Part shown: positions 1 through 7,092 of the stretch, piece by piece
Numbering within the stretch: the first letter of the stretch is position 1
Layout: each line of letters starts with the position of its first letter
Assembly: GCA_037443035.1 (NCBI GenBank)
Contig: JBBIPC010000028.1
Location: 1,712 to 29,592 of the forward strand
Origin: Chthonomonadales bacterium
GTDB lineage: Bacteria; Armatimonadota; Chthonomonadetes; Chthonomonadales; CAJBBX01
Length of the DNA: 27,881 nucleotides
Direction: 5' to 3'
Notes under the pieces: generated by a model
The model's input: only the letters and a program-made list of their open reading frames with translations
Databases searched by the model: none
What the model was told of the DNA's origin: nothing
Position numbers and translations under genes: made by a program

Positions 1-95
1 CTGCCAAGAAGACTGCCAAGAAGACCAGCAAGAAGGCGACCAAGAAAGCCTCGAGCAAGAAGAGCGAGAAGAAGGAGCACGAGGAGAAGAAGTAG
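1..95 (+). CDS. 3' end of a Lys/Ala-rich, histone-H1-like low-complexity protein (partial)
   Basis: Frame from nt 3 reads AKKTAKKTSKKATKKASSKKSEKKEHEEKK then TAG at 93-95. It has a 12-nt periodic xKKx repeat. The start lies upstream of the window. Confidence 0.75.
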   Translation, partial: AKKTAKKTSKKATKKASSKKSEKKEHEEKK

Positions 96-138
96 TCGAC
101 CTGAGGTGTCGAGAACTCCGTCTGCGCTGCAGACATCT

Positions 139-176
139 CCATGGCCCCCTGCCGCCTCGTGCAATGGGGGCCATGG
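139..176 (+). terminator. GC-rich hairpin, probable terminator of the upstream gene
   Basis: CCATGGCCCCC (139-149) pairs perfectly with GGGGGCCATGG (166-176), about 45 nt after the stop at 95. There is no real U-tract. Confidence 0.55.
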
Positions 177-215
177 CGTTAGGAATGGGCGCAACAGGCT
201 GAGCGACTATGGTAG

Positions 216-243
216 TACAACCTTCTCATCATGTCCAGCGTAA
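216..243 (+). promoter_or_regulatory. Candidate ECF-sigma (autoregulatory) promoter AAC-N17-CGT
   Basis: tacAAC (AAC 219-221), a 17-nt spacer, then CGTaa (239-243), directly upstream of an ECF sigma gene. This fits the generic ECF -35 AAC / -10 CGT pattern. Confidence 0.5.
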
Positions 244-283
244 CATCGTTGAACTGGCACTTCGGACACGTGGCGCCTCGGTG

Positions 284-880
284 ATGGACTACGCTGCTCG
301 CGGCCAGTCGGGCGCGTCCGTGGACCGGGCGCAGCAGGAGGCGTTCGAGCAGATGCTCGAAGGATGCCTCGAGCGCTTGTGGCGGTACGCCTATCGCTTG
401 ACCCGCCACACGGAGGATGCAGAGGATCTGCTGGCCGAGGCTCTCGCTGAGGGTTACCGAGCTTTCAGAAGCTACCGAGGCAGGAGCAGCTTCGCTACGT
501 GGATGTACCGGATTATCACAACGACCTGGCTCGATATGCAGAGGAAGGCTGCGCGACGACCATCCGAAAGTCTTGAAGCACTCATGGACGAGGGACGCCT
601 CACTGACCTTCCGACGAACGACACAACACCGGAGACAACGCTCATGGATCGAGCTTTCTCGGCAAGAGTCGAGGAAGCACTTCAGGCGTTGCCACCAGAG
701 TACCGAGCCGTCATCATACTCGTAGATGTGGAAGAGCTGGATTACCGACAGGCGGCTGAAGTACTCGATGTACCCGTGGGAACAGTGAGATCTCGAGTGC
801 ACCGTGGCCGTCAGGCGCTCCGTGCACGGTTGGCGTCACCGACGGCTTCCACGGACCCCAGTCGCGGGAGAACAGGATGA
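284..880 (+). CDS. ECF-type RNA polymerase sigma-70 factor (RpoE/SigW-like)
   Basis: Region 2 motif EDAEDLLAEALAEGYRAFRSYRGRSSFATWMYRI and region 4 motif LPPEYRAVIILVDVEELDYRQAAEVLDVPVGTVRSRVHRGR. The start is placed at ATG 284 (GTG 281 is an alternative); the track start at 209 would overlap the candidate promoter. Confidence 0.93.
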   Translation: MDYAARGQSGASVDRAQQEAFEQMLEGCLERLWRYAYRLTRHTEDAEDLLAEALAEGYRAFRSYRGRSSFATWMYRIITTTWLDMQRKAARRPSESLEALMDEGRLTDLPTNDTTPETTLMDRAFSARVEEALQALPPEYRAVIILVDVEELDYRQAAEVLDVPVGTVRSRVHRGRQALRARLASPTASTDPSRGRTG

Positions 881-1386
881 ACTGCTCGGAGACAAGAAAG
901 AAACTCGATGACCTGATCGCTGGCACGCTCGACAGTGGTGCGGCGGCGGCAGTCCGCGAACATGTCGATGCCTGTTCCGAATGCGCGGATGCTCTGCGGG
1001 TCTCCATGAGGGCTCGCGATGCGCTGCGCACACAACCGCCACCGCTCGACGAGACCAGGCGACAGCGGATTCTCCATGATATGCGTCAGAGGGTACTGGC
1101 ACATGCCACGGCAAGAGAGCATTACCGTGTCCACCCGATACGAGGATGGCGGACCGTCCTCGCGACGGCCTCGGTGGCCGCGGCCGCGATCGTGGTCTTG
1201 TCGGGAGTATGGCGCACACAGAGGCAACCTGACGACGACGTTGCATCCATGCCCTCTGCGACTCAGATGAACACCATGGCTTATCTTCACGCAGCGAATA
1301 GCCAGGCACTGCTCGTTTCCGGCGGCGAATGGAACCGCGATATACTGGCCGACACCGAAACGCATGGTGGCATTGAGTCCCCGTAA
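877..1386 (+). CDS. Zinc-finger (zf-HC2/ZAS) transmembrane anti-sigma factor
   Basis: N-terminal MNC...HVDACSEC (HxxxCxxC) and one TM segment (VLATASVAAAAIVVLSGVW). ATGA overlap with the sigma stop codon. Confidence 0.88.
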   Translation: MNCSETRKKLDDLIAGTLDSGAAAAVREHVDACSECADALRVSMRARDALRTQPPPLDETRRQRILHDMRQRVLAHATAREHYRVHPIRGWRTVLATASVAAAAIVVLSGVWRTQRQPDDDVASMPSATQMNTMAYLHAANSQALLVSGGEWNRDILADTETHGGIESP

Positions 1387-2395
1387 GCCGGCGGCTCTTG
1401 TGCCGTGGCTAGCGCTCCTGGGTTGTATCCCGTTACCAGGTGCGGCACGGCCGGCAGCGCCGCTGACCGCGGCGGAAATACTACGACGTTCGGTCGTTCA
1501 GGGAGAACGCGTTCCCATCACCGCCCAATTGAGCTTCACCCAGTGGAACGACCATAGTACCGTTGCGACCCTCTCCCACTATGCTCAGGACAGCTTGGGA
1601 CGCTACCGACAGACCTACGATGCACCCCGAGGGATCCACGGCAGGATCCTGATCTACGACGGCCGGCGCCTGTGGCAGGTCGAGCCGCGGCGCAAAGCCA
1701 TCGTCGTGCGCGACATGGTCGCACCCGCTGCAGACGCCAAGGAGCAGCTCGTGCGCCTGTTGCTGCAGAACTACACCGTTCAGTTGCTTGGCCCGGGGCG
1801 CGCTGCTGGGCGTCCGTCGTATGTGCTGCGCTTGGTTCCTCACCATGCTGGCAAAGGATCGCAGCGCCGATGGGTCGATCGGAAAACGTTCCGCACTTTG
1901 CGTACCGAGACTCGTTTCCCTGACGGAACTCTGGCGTACTCGATGCGCTATTTCGATGTGGATCTGCCTGCCAAACTCTCGGACGCTCTCTTTCGGCCTC
2001 CTGCCACGAAGGCACTGAAGATACAAGCCAAGACAGGTCCGCAAGCGCCCTTGGACCAGGCCTCATTGCGGGTAGAAGCTGCTCGCTGCAGTCTGCCGGT
2101 TTCCGGACCGCTCGGCTTTCGTCTCGAGCGCGGCACCAGAGAGCAGGACGGTGCGTTTCACGCCGTCTACTTCGACGGTCTCGAGACCATCTCCGTCTTC
2201 GTCTACGCGCGGCGTCCCCTACCAACGCATGAACCGCCAGGTTGGACTTCCATCATGACGCGCAAGGGTCGCATCCTGCAGCATAGCGGTAAGCATACCA
2301 ATATGCTGACGTGGTCGCGACGAGGCTTTCGGTACACGGCTGTGTCGCACCTCTTGCCGAACGCCTTCCTCGATTTCGTCGGAAGCCTCCCATAG
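1364..2395 (+). CDS. MucB/RseB-like (LolA-fold) periplasmic sigma-E regulatory protein
   Basis: Signal peptide. LolA-like motifs LLLQNYTVQLLG..AGRPSYVLRLVP and RRWVDRKTFRTLRTE, plus C-terminal HAVYFDGLETISVF typical of MucB/RseB. Third gene after sigma and anti-sigma. Confidence 0.8.
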   Translation: MVALSPRKPAALVPWLALLGCIPLPGAARPAAPLTAAEILRRSVVQGERVPITAQLSFTQWNDHSTVATLSHYAQDSLGRYRQTYDAPRGIHGRILIYDGRRLWQVEPRRKAIVVRDMVAPAADAKEQLVRLLLQNYTVQLLGPGRAAGRPSYVLRLVPHHAGKGSQRRWVDRKTFRTLRTETRFPDGTLAYSMRYFDVDLPAKLSDALFRPPATKALKIQAKTGPQAPLDQASLRVEAARCSLPVSGPLGFRLERGTREQDGAFHAVYFDGLETISVFVYARRPLPTHEPPGWTSIMTRKGRILQHSGKHTNMLTWSRRGFRYTAVSHLLPNAFLDFVGSLP

Positions 2396-2473
2396 GTCGT
2401 GCGCCCGATCCGGCGCGCGCATGCGGCGTACCCTGTATCGCACGCAGGGCGACGCGCGGGTCAGAGGGGCCTG

Positions 2474-4288
2474 TCACTCTCGCAGTCGCAAGACGATGGG
2501 CCCGGCGCTTCCATCGGCATGGAACGGCTTCCCTTCAGCATGCGTCCAGCCGGGGCTGGAATAGACATCTGGGATCGGCTCGGTCCTGACCCAGACCCCG
2601 TCCGATCGTCGAGCCGCAAGAGTGATGTTGCGGAACTTCCACGCATCCCCCACCGCGTTCGTTACGACGACCTGGTTCTCCAGCTTCAACAGGCGAACCT
2701 GCTCGGGACTCAAGGAGATCGTACAGAGCACCCACTCGTCGCGGTCGGTCGTCGGCACGCGGGCGACGCGCGTGCCATTGATGGAGATCCACTTCTCGGA
2801 GTACCGGCCGCTGTTGGAACCGAACACGTCCATCCGGAGCAGCACCGATCGCGCGGTGGCCAGGTCCGACAACCGCAGCGGAGGTCTGGCAGCGGGTTTG
2901 CGCTTGCCCACGCCACGGTTGACGGCCTGGCGCTGACACAACGCCCCAACACCACGCCCCTGAAGCTCGAGTAACTGTCCGCCCCCCGCTTCGAGGCGGA
3001 GCGTGACTACATGCCCGACACGTTGTCGTGTTCCGCCCACGTCCGGAATGCGCACCCGCTGCACGGCGCGTGAAAACGTGATCCGAACCTCCCGTTCCGG
3101 CAGGACGTTCAGCGCCTTTGCAGCGCGACAATCCACCACCATCGCTAGCGGATCGCTTCCCGGCCTCGTGAGCACTCCCACAATGAGATCAGATGACATC
3201 GCCTCGACAAGCTTGCCCTGGCCGGGTTCTGCGAGGTCCTCTAGCAGACCATAAGGAGGCAGGTCCTCGGGAAACGGCCACTCCGATACCGTCCGGAACG
3301 CAGTGCCGAACAGCCCAGTGCATGTGCGCCCGAGCAGCATGGGCCCCCAGGCACCGATTCGCCGGTTGATCTTCTGTGCGACAGGATAGAGAGGTGTGCG
3401 GGCGCGGCGAGCCGCTGCATCGGTTGCGTGCGGTCCGAGATGCTGGAGGCCTCCAGAGTTGTAGCAGAAGTACCAGATCCCCTCAGCACCATACGCCACG
3501 CCGGCGTACGCCGGCAACCGAAGAAGGGAGTCTGACGGTATACAGCCGCCCATGTCCTTTCCCTGCTTGTCCAATGTGCCCTGGACGTTGAACATGGGCC
3601 AGAAGATGACCCCGTTCTCGCGACACCGGCGCGCGTAGGACGCGTAGGAAGCGCAGTATCTTCTGGCAAGCTCCGCAGGAGGAAGGTGCCACTCGTAGAG
3701 GGTAGGATAGATCTGAGGATCGGCGATGGGGTTGTTGTTGGCGGCCAGATTCGTGGGGTCGATCCATCCACACAACCAAGGCATGAGATGCGGCCGACGT
3801 TGGAACAGGAAGTCCGTACAGGCACGACTTCTCGGGCTGACCTCGCCTTGATCGTCGCCGATCATGAAACCGACCAGTGCTGGATGCTTGCCGATTCGCT
3901 CGTAGAGCCAGCGCAGTTCGGTGAGCGTCGCGGCATGATGCACCGAATGCGGCTCGTAGGGATCCGCCTTGCCTCCCCAGGGCCGATCGTTCTTCGTGTA
4001 TGTATCGAAGAAGACCCCGAGACCGTACTTCTGAGCGAGATCGAGCTCACGGACTGCCTGATCCGCGTCGCCATAGCTATCGAGTTGCATGTAGCGGCCT
4101 GCCATGACAACGTTGAAACCTGCGTCCCGGTAGGAGCGCATCTCGGCATCGGTGGCGTCAGGCCCCCACCAGGCGCCAATGACGAACTTGTGGAACTTGA
4201 ACTGCCAGCGATCTCGCACCCTCCGCTCTGGAGCATGCGTCATGTTGCTCATAGCCGCGACAAGGGCAAGCATGGCGAGTACTCGCAT
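2474..4288 (-). CDS. Secreted hypothetical protein, putative glycoside-hydrolase-like TIM barrel with C-terminal beta-sandwich
   Basis: RBS GAGGAG and a signal peptide. Motifs FVIGAWWGP, YRDAGFNVVM, LDLAQKYGLGVF, HPALVGFMIGDDQ and AYGAEGIWYFCY resemble GH-type (beta/alpha)8 barrels. The family cannot be assigned by eye. Confidence 0.6.
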   Translation of the reverse strand: MRVLAMLALVAAMSNMTHAPERRVRDRWQFKFHKFVIGAWWGPDATDAEMRSYRDAGFNVVMAGRYMQLDSYGDADQAVRELDLAQKYGLGVFFDTYTKNDRPWGGKADPYEPHSVHHAATLTELRWLYERIGKHPALVGFMIGDDQGEVSPRSRACTDFLFQRRPHLMPWLCGWIDPTNLAANNNPIADPQIYPTLYEWHLPPAELARRYCASYASYARRCRENGVIFWPMFNVQGTLDKQGKDMGGCIPSDSLLRLPAYAGVAYGAEGIWYFCYNSGGLQHLGPHATDAAARRARTPLYPVAQKINRRIGAWGPMLLGRTCTGLFGTAFRTVSEWPFPEDLPPYGLLEDLAEPGQGKLVEAMSSDLIVGVLTRPGSDPLAMVVDCRAAKALNVLPEREVRITFSRAVQRVRIPDVGGTRQRVGHVVTLRLEAGGGQLLELQGRGVGALCQRQAVNRGVGKRKPAARPPLRLSDLATARSVLLRMDVFGSNSGRYSEKWISINGTRVARVPTTDRDEWVLCTISLSPEQVRLLKLENQVVVTNAVGDAWKFRNITLAARRSDGVWVRTEPIPDVYSSPGWTHAEGKPFHADGSAGPIVLRLRE

Positions 4289-4350
4289 CTCTTCTCCTCG
4301 CGATATCTCTCGTTCTGGAGGTTTGTCCGTTGGCCTATTCGCTTGCGCAC

Positions 4351-6282
4351 CTACAGCGAGAGCAGATACTCGGCCAGAGCATCCAGTTCCTTCGACGACA
4401 AGTGCGACGTCACGCCGTGCCGATCTCGCTCATTGAATCGTTTCAGGACATCCCGCATCGTCACCGCTCGACCATCGTGCAAGTACGGCGCCGTTCTCCA
4501 CAACTCGACCAGCGGTGGCGTTACGAACTTGCTGTCCGTGTCGTACGGTCCACGAGTGCCGACATCGTACAGCTTCCGATCCGTCAGGTTGAGCCCATGA
4601 TGACAGGACAGGCATTTCGTCTTCGGACTCTCGAATAGCAGCTTCCCCTGGCGTGCCAGCGATGAGAGACCGGTTCGCCCTGGTCCAATGCGACGGGGAC
4701 TTGGCAGCGGCCGCATCGAACGGATGTAGGCCATCACGTCCGGTACCTCGTTCGGCTGCGGCGAGCGGAAGAGGATGTACCGGAAACCGGCCGTGGCCGC
4801 CACCGTGAGGTTGCTGCGGACCCCGTGAGACATCATCGGTCCTCGCTGGTGGGCAAGAAGGAGCGACCGGGTGTTCTTGGGGTTCCCGATGCCATCGTTC
4901 AGCAAGTCCCAGTTCAGACCGTCTGCGCGGCCGTCCGGGTGGCACGTGGAGCAGCTCAGCCAGTGCTGGAACGCCAGCGTCCCGTCGTGGAAGATGCGCT
5001 CGCCGCGTCGTGCAGGGCTGGGAGGCGGCGAGGCGCCGAGGCTGATGGCCCGTCGCACACGACCGCTGGCATCCGCGAGGGCTACATCGCCAGTGAAGTA
5101 CTGAGCCACTAGCAGGGACTTGCCGTCGCGCGCCACGGAGAGCCCTCGTGGACCACGGCCTGGTAACCTTACTCGCTCGATAAGATCGCCCACGTAAAGA
5201 GCGGAGAGGTCGTTCACGAGCTCCGCCCGCTTCGTTGGGTCGGCTCTGATCTCTTGCCAGATATTCCGCGTGGTTATGGCCCACTCGGGCGAGGTTCGGT
5301 TCAGCGGATGATCCGCCGGTAGGCCGCCCCCTGCCCACCGCATCATCCGTGCGAAATCGAGGCGCGCAACCTCATGCACACCACTGAGCGTAACCCACAC
5401 AGTCTTTCCGTCTGGAGCAATCTCGACGTCCCATGGGTCGGCGGCGCCCTCCTGAGGTTGGTCAAGGAGTACCGTCACATAATGCTTCAGACCCTCGAGG
5501 TCCAAGACGGACAGCGCATTCGTGTTGATCCAGCCTCGATCGAGTTGCGTGGTTGGCAGATTGTACCGACCGAGCGCGTGCACCAGGCATGCCCACCGCC
5601 CGTCAGGTGTGATCGCCACACCGCGTACGTTGGCAGACCCTGCTGGAAGGTGAATCTCGGCTACTCGGCGGTAAGTCGTCAGATCGTAGATGCCAACGGT
5701 CGCCGCGTTGTCCTCACGAGTGGCATCGCCCGTGGGCAAGAGATTGGGCACCACCGCCAACCGCCCATCCGGCGACGCAGCGATCCCCGCGGGTTCACCC
5801 GTGCAATGCAAACGGCCGACGGTCCGGCCCGTGCGCAGATCGAGAACCGTCACACTGCGGTCGCCAGAGTTACCCACGAGAAGACGCCGACTCCCTGGAA
5901 ACGTGGCGATGGCGCTCGGATACGCCCCAACAGATAGGACGCGCAGGACCTTGCCCGCCTCGGGGGCGATTTCGACGACCGAGTCACGCAGGTACTGTGT
6001 GGCGTACACCCGACCGCGAACCCAGCACACGCCCTTTGGAGAAGCGACCGAGACCGTGCGCACCAACCGGCCACGCGTCGGTTCCACGATGGCAACAGCG
6101 TCTGCAGTGAAGTCGGACACAGCCCCCAGCCGCCCGTCCGGACTGAACGTCGCATCATACGCAGAGTGTGTGAGCCGACGCGATTGTGCGGCCCAGGGTC
6201 CGCTGGATAGCGCCATAGCCGCCAGCAGCGTACCCAGAAGTACTGCTCGCCACCAGGCTTCTTGGGGCCTTATCCATGCCAT
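4351..6282 (-). CDS. Secreted YVTN-type beta-propeller fused to a di-heme cytochrome c peroxidase/MauG-family domain
   Basis: Signal peptide, repeated propeller blades (FSPDGR, ASPDGR, ITPDGR, IAPDGK), two CXXCH motifs (CSTCH, CLSCH) and TAPYLHDG. RBS GAGGAG about 10 nt before ATG 6282. Confidence 0.85.
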   Translation of the reverse strand: MAWIRPQEAWWRAVLLGTLLAAMALSSGPWAAQSRRLTHSAYDATFSPDGRLGAVSDFTADAVAIVEPTRGRLVRTVSVASPKGVCWVRGRVYATQYLRDSVVEIAPEAGKVLRVLSVGAYPSAIATFPGSRRLLVGNSGDRSVTVLDLRTGRTVGRLHCTGEPAGIAASPDGRLAVVPNLLPTGDATREDNAATVGIYDLTTYRRVAEIHLPAGSANVRGVAITPDGRWACLVHALGRYNLPTTQLDRGWINTNALSVLDLEGLKHYVTVLLDQPQEGAADPWDVEIAPDGKTVWVTLSGVHEVARLDFARMMRWAGGGLPADHPLNRTSPEWAITTRNIWQEIRADPTKRAELVNDLSALYVGDLIERVRLPGRGPRGLSVARDGKSLLVAQYFTGDVALADASGRVRRAISLGASPPPSPARRGERIFHDGTLAFQHWLSCSTCHPDGRADGLNWDLLNDGIGNPKNTRSLLLAHQRGPMMSHGVRSNLTVAATAGFRYILFRSPQPNEVPDVMAYIRSMRPLPSPRRIGPGRTGLSSLARQGKLLFESPKTKCLSCHHGLNLTDRKLYDVGTRGPYDTDSKFVTPPLVELWRTAPYLHDGRAVTMRDVLKRFNERDRHGVTSHLSSKELDALAEYLLSL

Positions 6283-6439
6283 GTCCGGCTCACTCCTCAC
6301 CGTAATCTCTGTCGCTACCGACCTTCAACCTTGCGTACTTCAGTTCTTTGCGTCTCACCACCTCTCCTGCCGCATGGTCCGTGGGAGGCAGAGGACGGTC
6401 CCTGGCTTTGGGTATTCTGAGCACAGGAGGTATTCGCAC

Positions 6440-7087
6440 ATGCTCATAGAGCCCGGAAGTCGTCTCGTCATGACTGGCGACTCCATCACGGACTGCGGTC
6501 GCGGCTGGCCAGTCGGAGATAGCGAATGCGACACACTCGGAGATGGCTATGTTTCCCTGATTGACGCGACGCTCGTTGCCTCGAACCCGACATTGGGCAT
6601 CCACATCTTGAACACTGGCATCAGCGGCAACACCGTCCGTGACCTGGCGGCACGTTGGGAGAAGGACGTCCTCGAACTGGAGCCGGACTGGCTCTCGGTC
6701 ATGATCGGGATCAATGACGTTTGGCGGCAGTTCGATACGGACCCCTCGCTCCTGCGCCCTGTCCTCGAACCGGAGTACAGGAGCACGTTGGAGCGCCTGC
6801 TCAGGTCCGCAGTCCCCCTGGTGAAAGGGATCGTGGTCATGCTTCCCTTCTACCTGGAAGCCGGTCCGGACGATCCCATGCGTGCCATGCGCGACACGTA
6901 CGCCAAGGCGGCACTGGACGCCGCGCAGTCGGTTGGTGCACTGATCGTAGATACCCAGGCAGCTTTCGAGGCAGTGCTGCCCTACCGTAGCCGCGATCGC
7001 CTGGCGCCAGATGGAGTGCATCCCACACGAGTCGGTCACATGGTACTGGCGCAGGCTTGGCTCCGGGCCGTGCGCTTCTGCGGATAG
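6440..7087 (+). CDS. SGNH/GDSL hydrolase (probable carbohydrate acetyl-esterase)
   Basis: Blocks GDSITD, NTGISGN, IGINDVW and DGVHP. AGGAGG RBS before ATG 6440. The track ORF from 5690 is over-extended. Confidence 0.9.
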   Translation: MLIEPGSRLVMTGDSITDCGRGWPVGDSECDTLGDGYVSLIDATLVASNPTLGIHILNTGISGNTVRDLAARWEKDVLELEPDWLSVMIGINDVWRQFDTDPSLLRPVLEPEYRSTLERLLRSAVPLVKGIVVMLPFYLEAGPDDPMRAMRDTYAKAALDAAQSVGALIVDTQAAFEAVLPYRSRDRLAPDGVHPTRVGHMVLAQAWLRAVRFCG

Positions 7088-7092
7088 GTCCG

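Noticed and set aside
2396..2473. Hairpins between the convergent mucB-like and GH-like genes as an sRNA
   Set aside because: The stems are short and imperfect (CCCTG/CAGGG, GTGCGCC/GGCGCGC) in very GC-rich DNA. At most they form a bidirectional terminator.
4351..6282. Hydrazine synthase (anammox) or MauG/methylamine utilisation assignment
   Set aside because: Only the domain architecture is similar. No hzsA, hao or mau genes are nearby.
5690..6439. 465-aa ORF suggesting a long N-terminal extension or fusion on the SGNH hydrolase
   Set aside because: The extension is the antisense shadow of the cytochrome c peroxidase-like gene. A strong AGGAGG RBS marks the real start at 6440.
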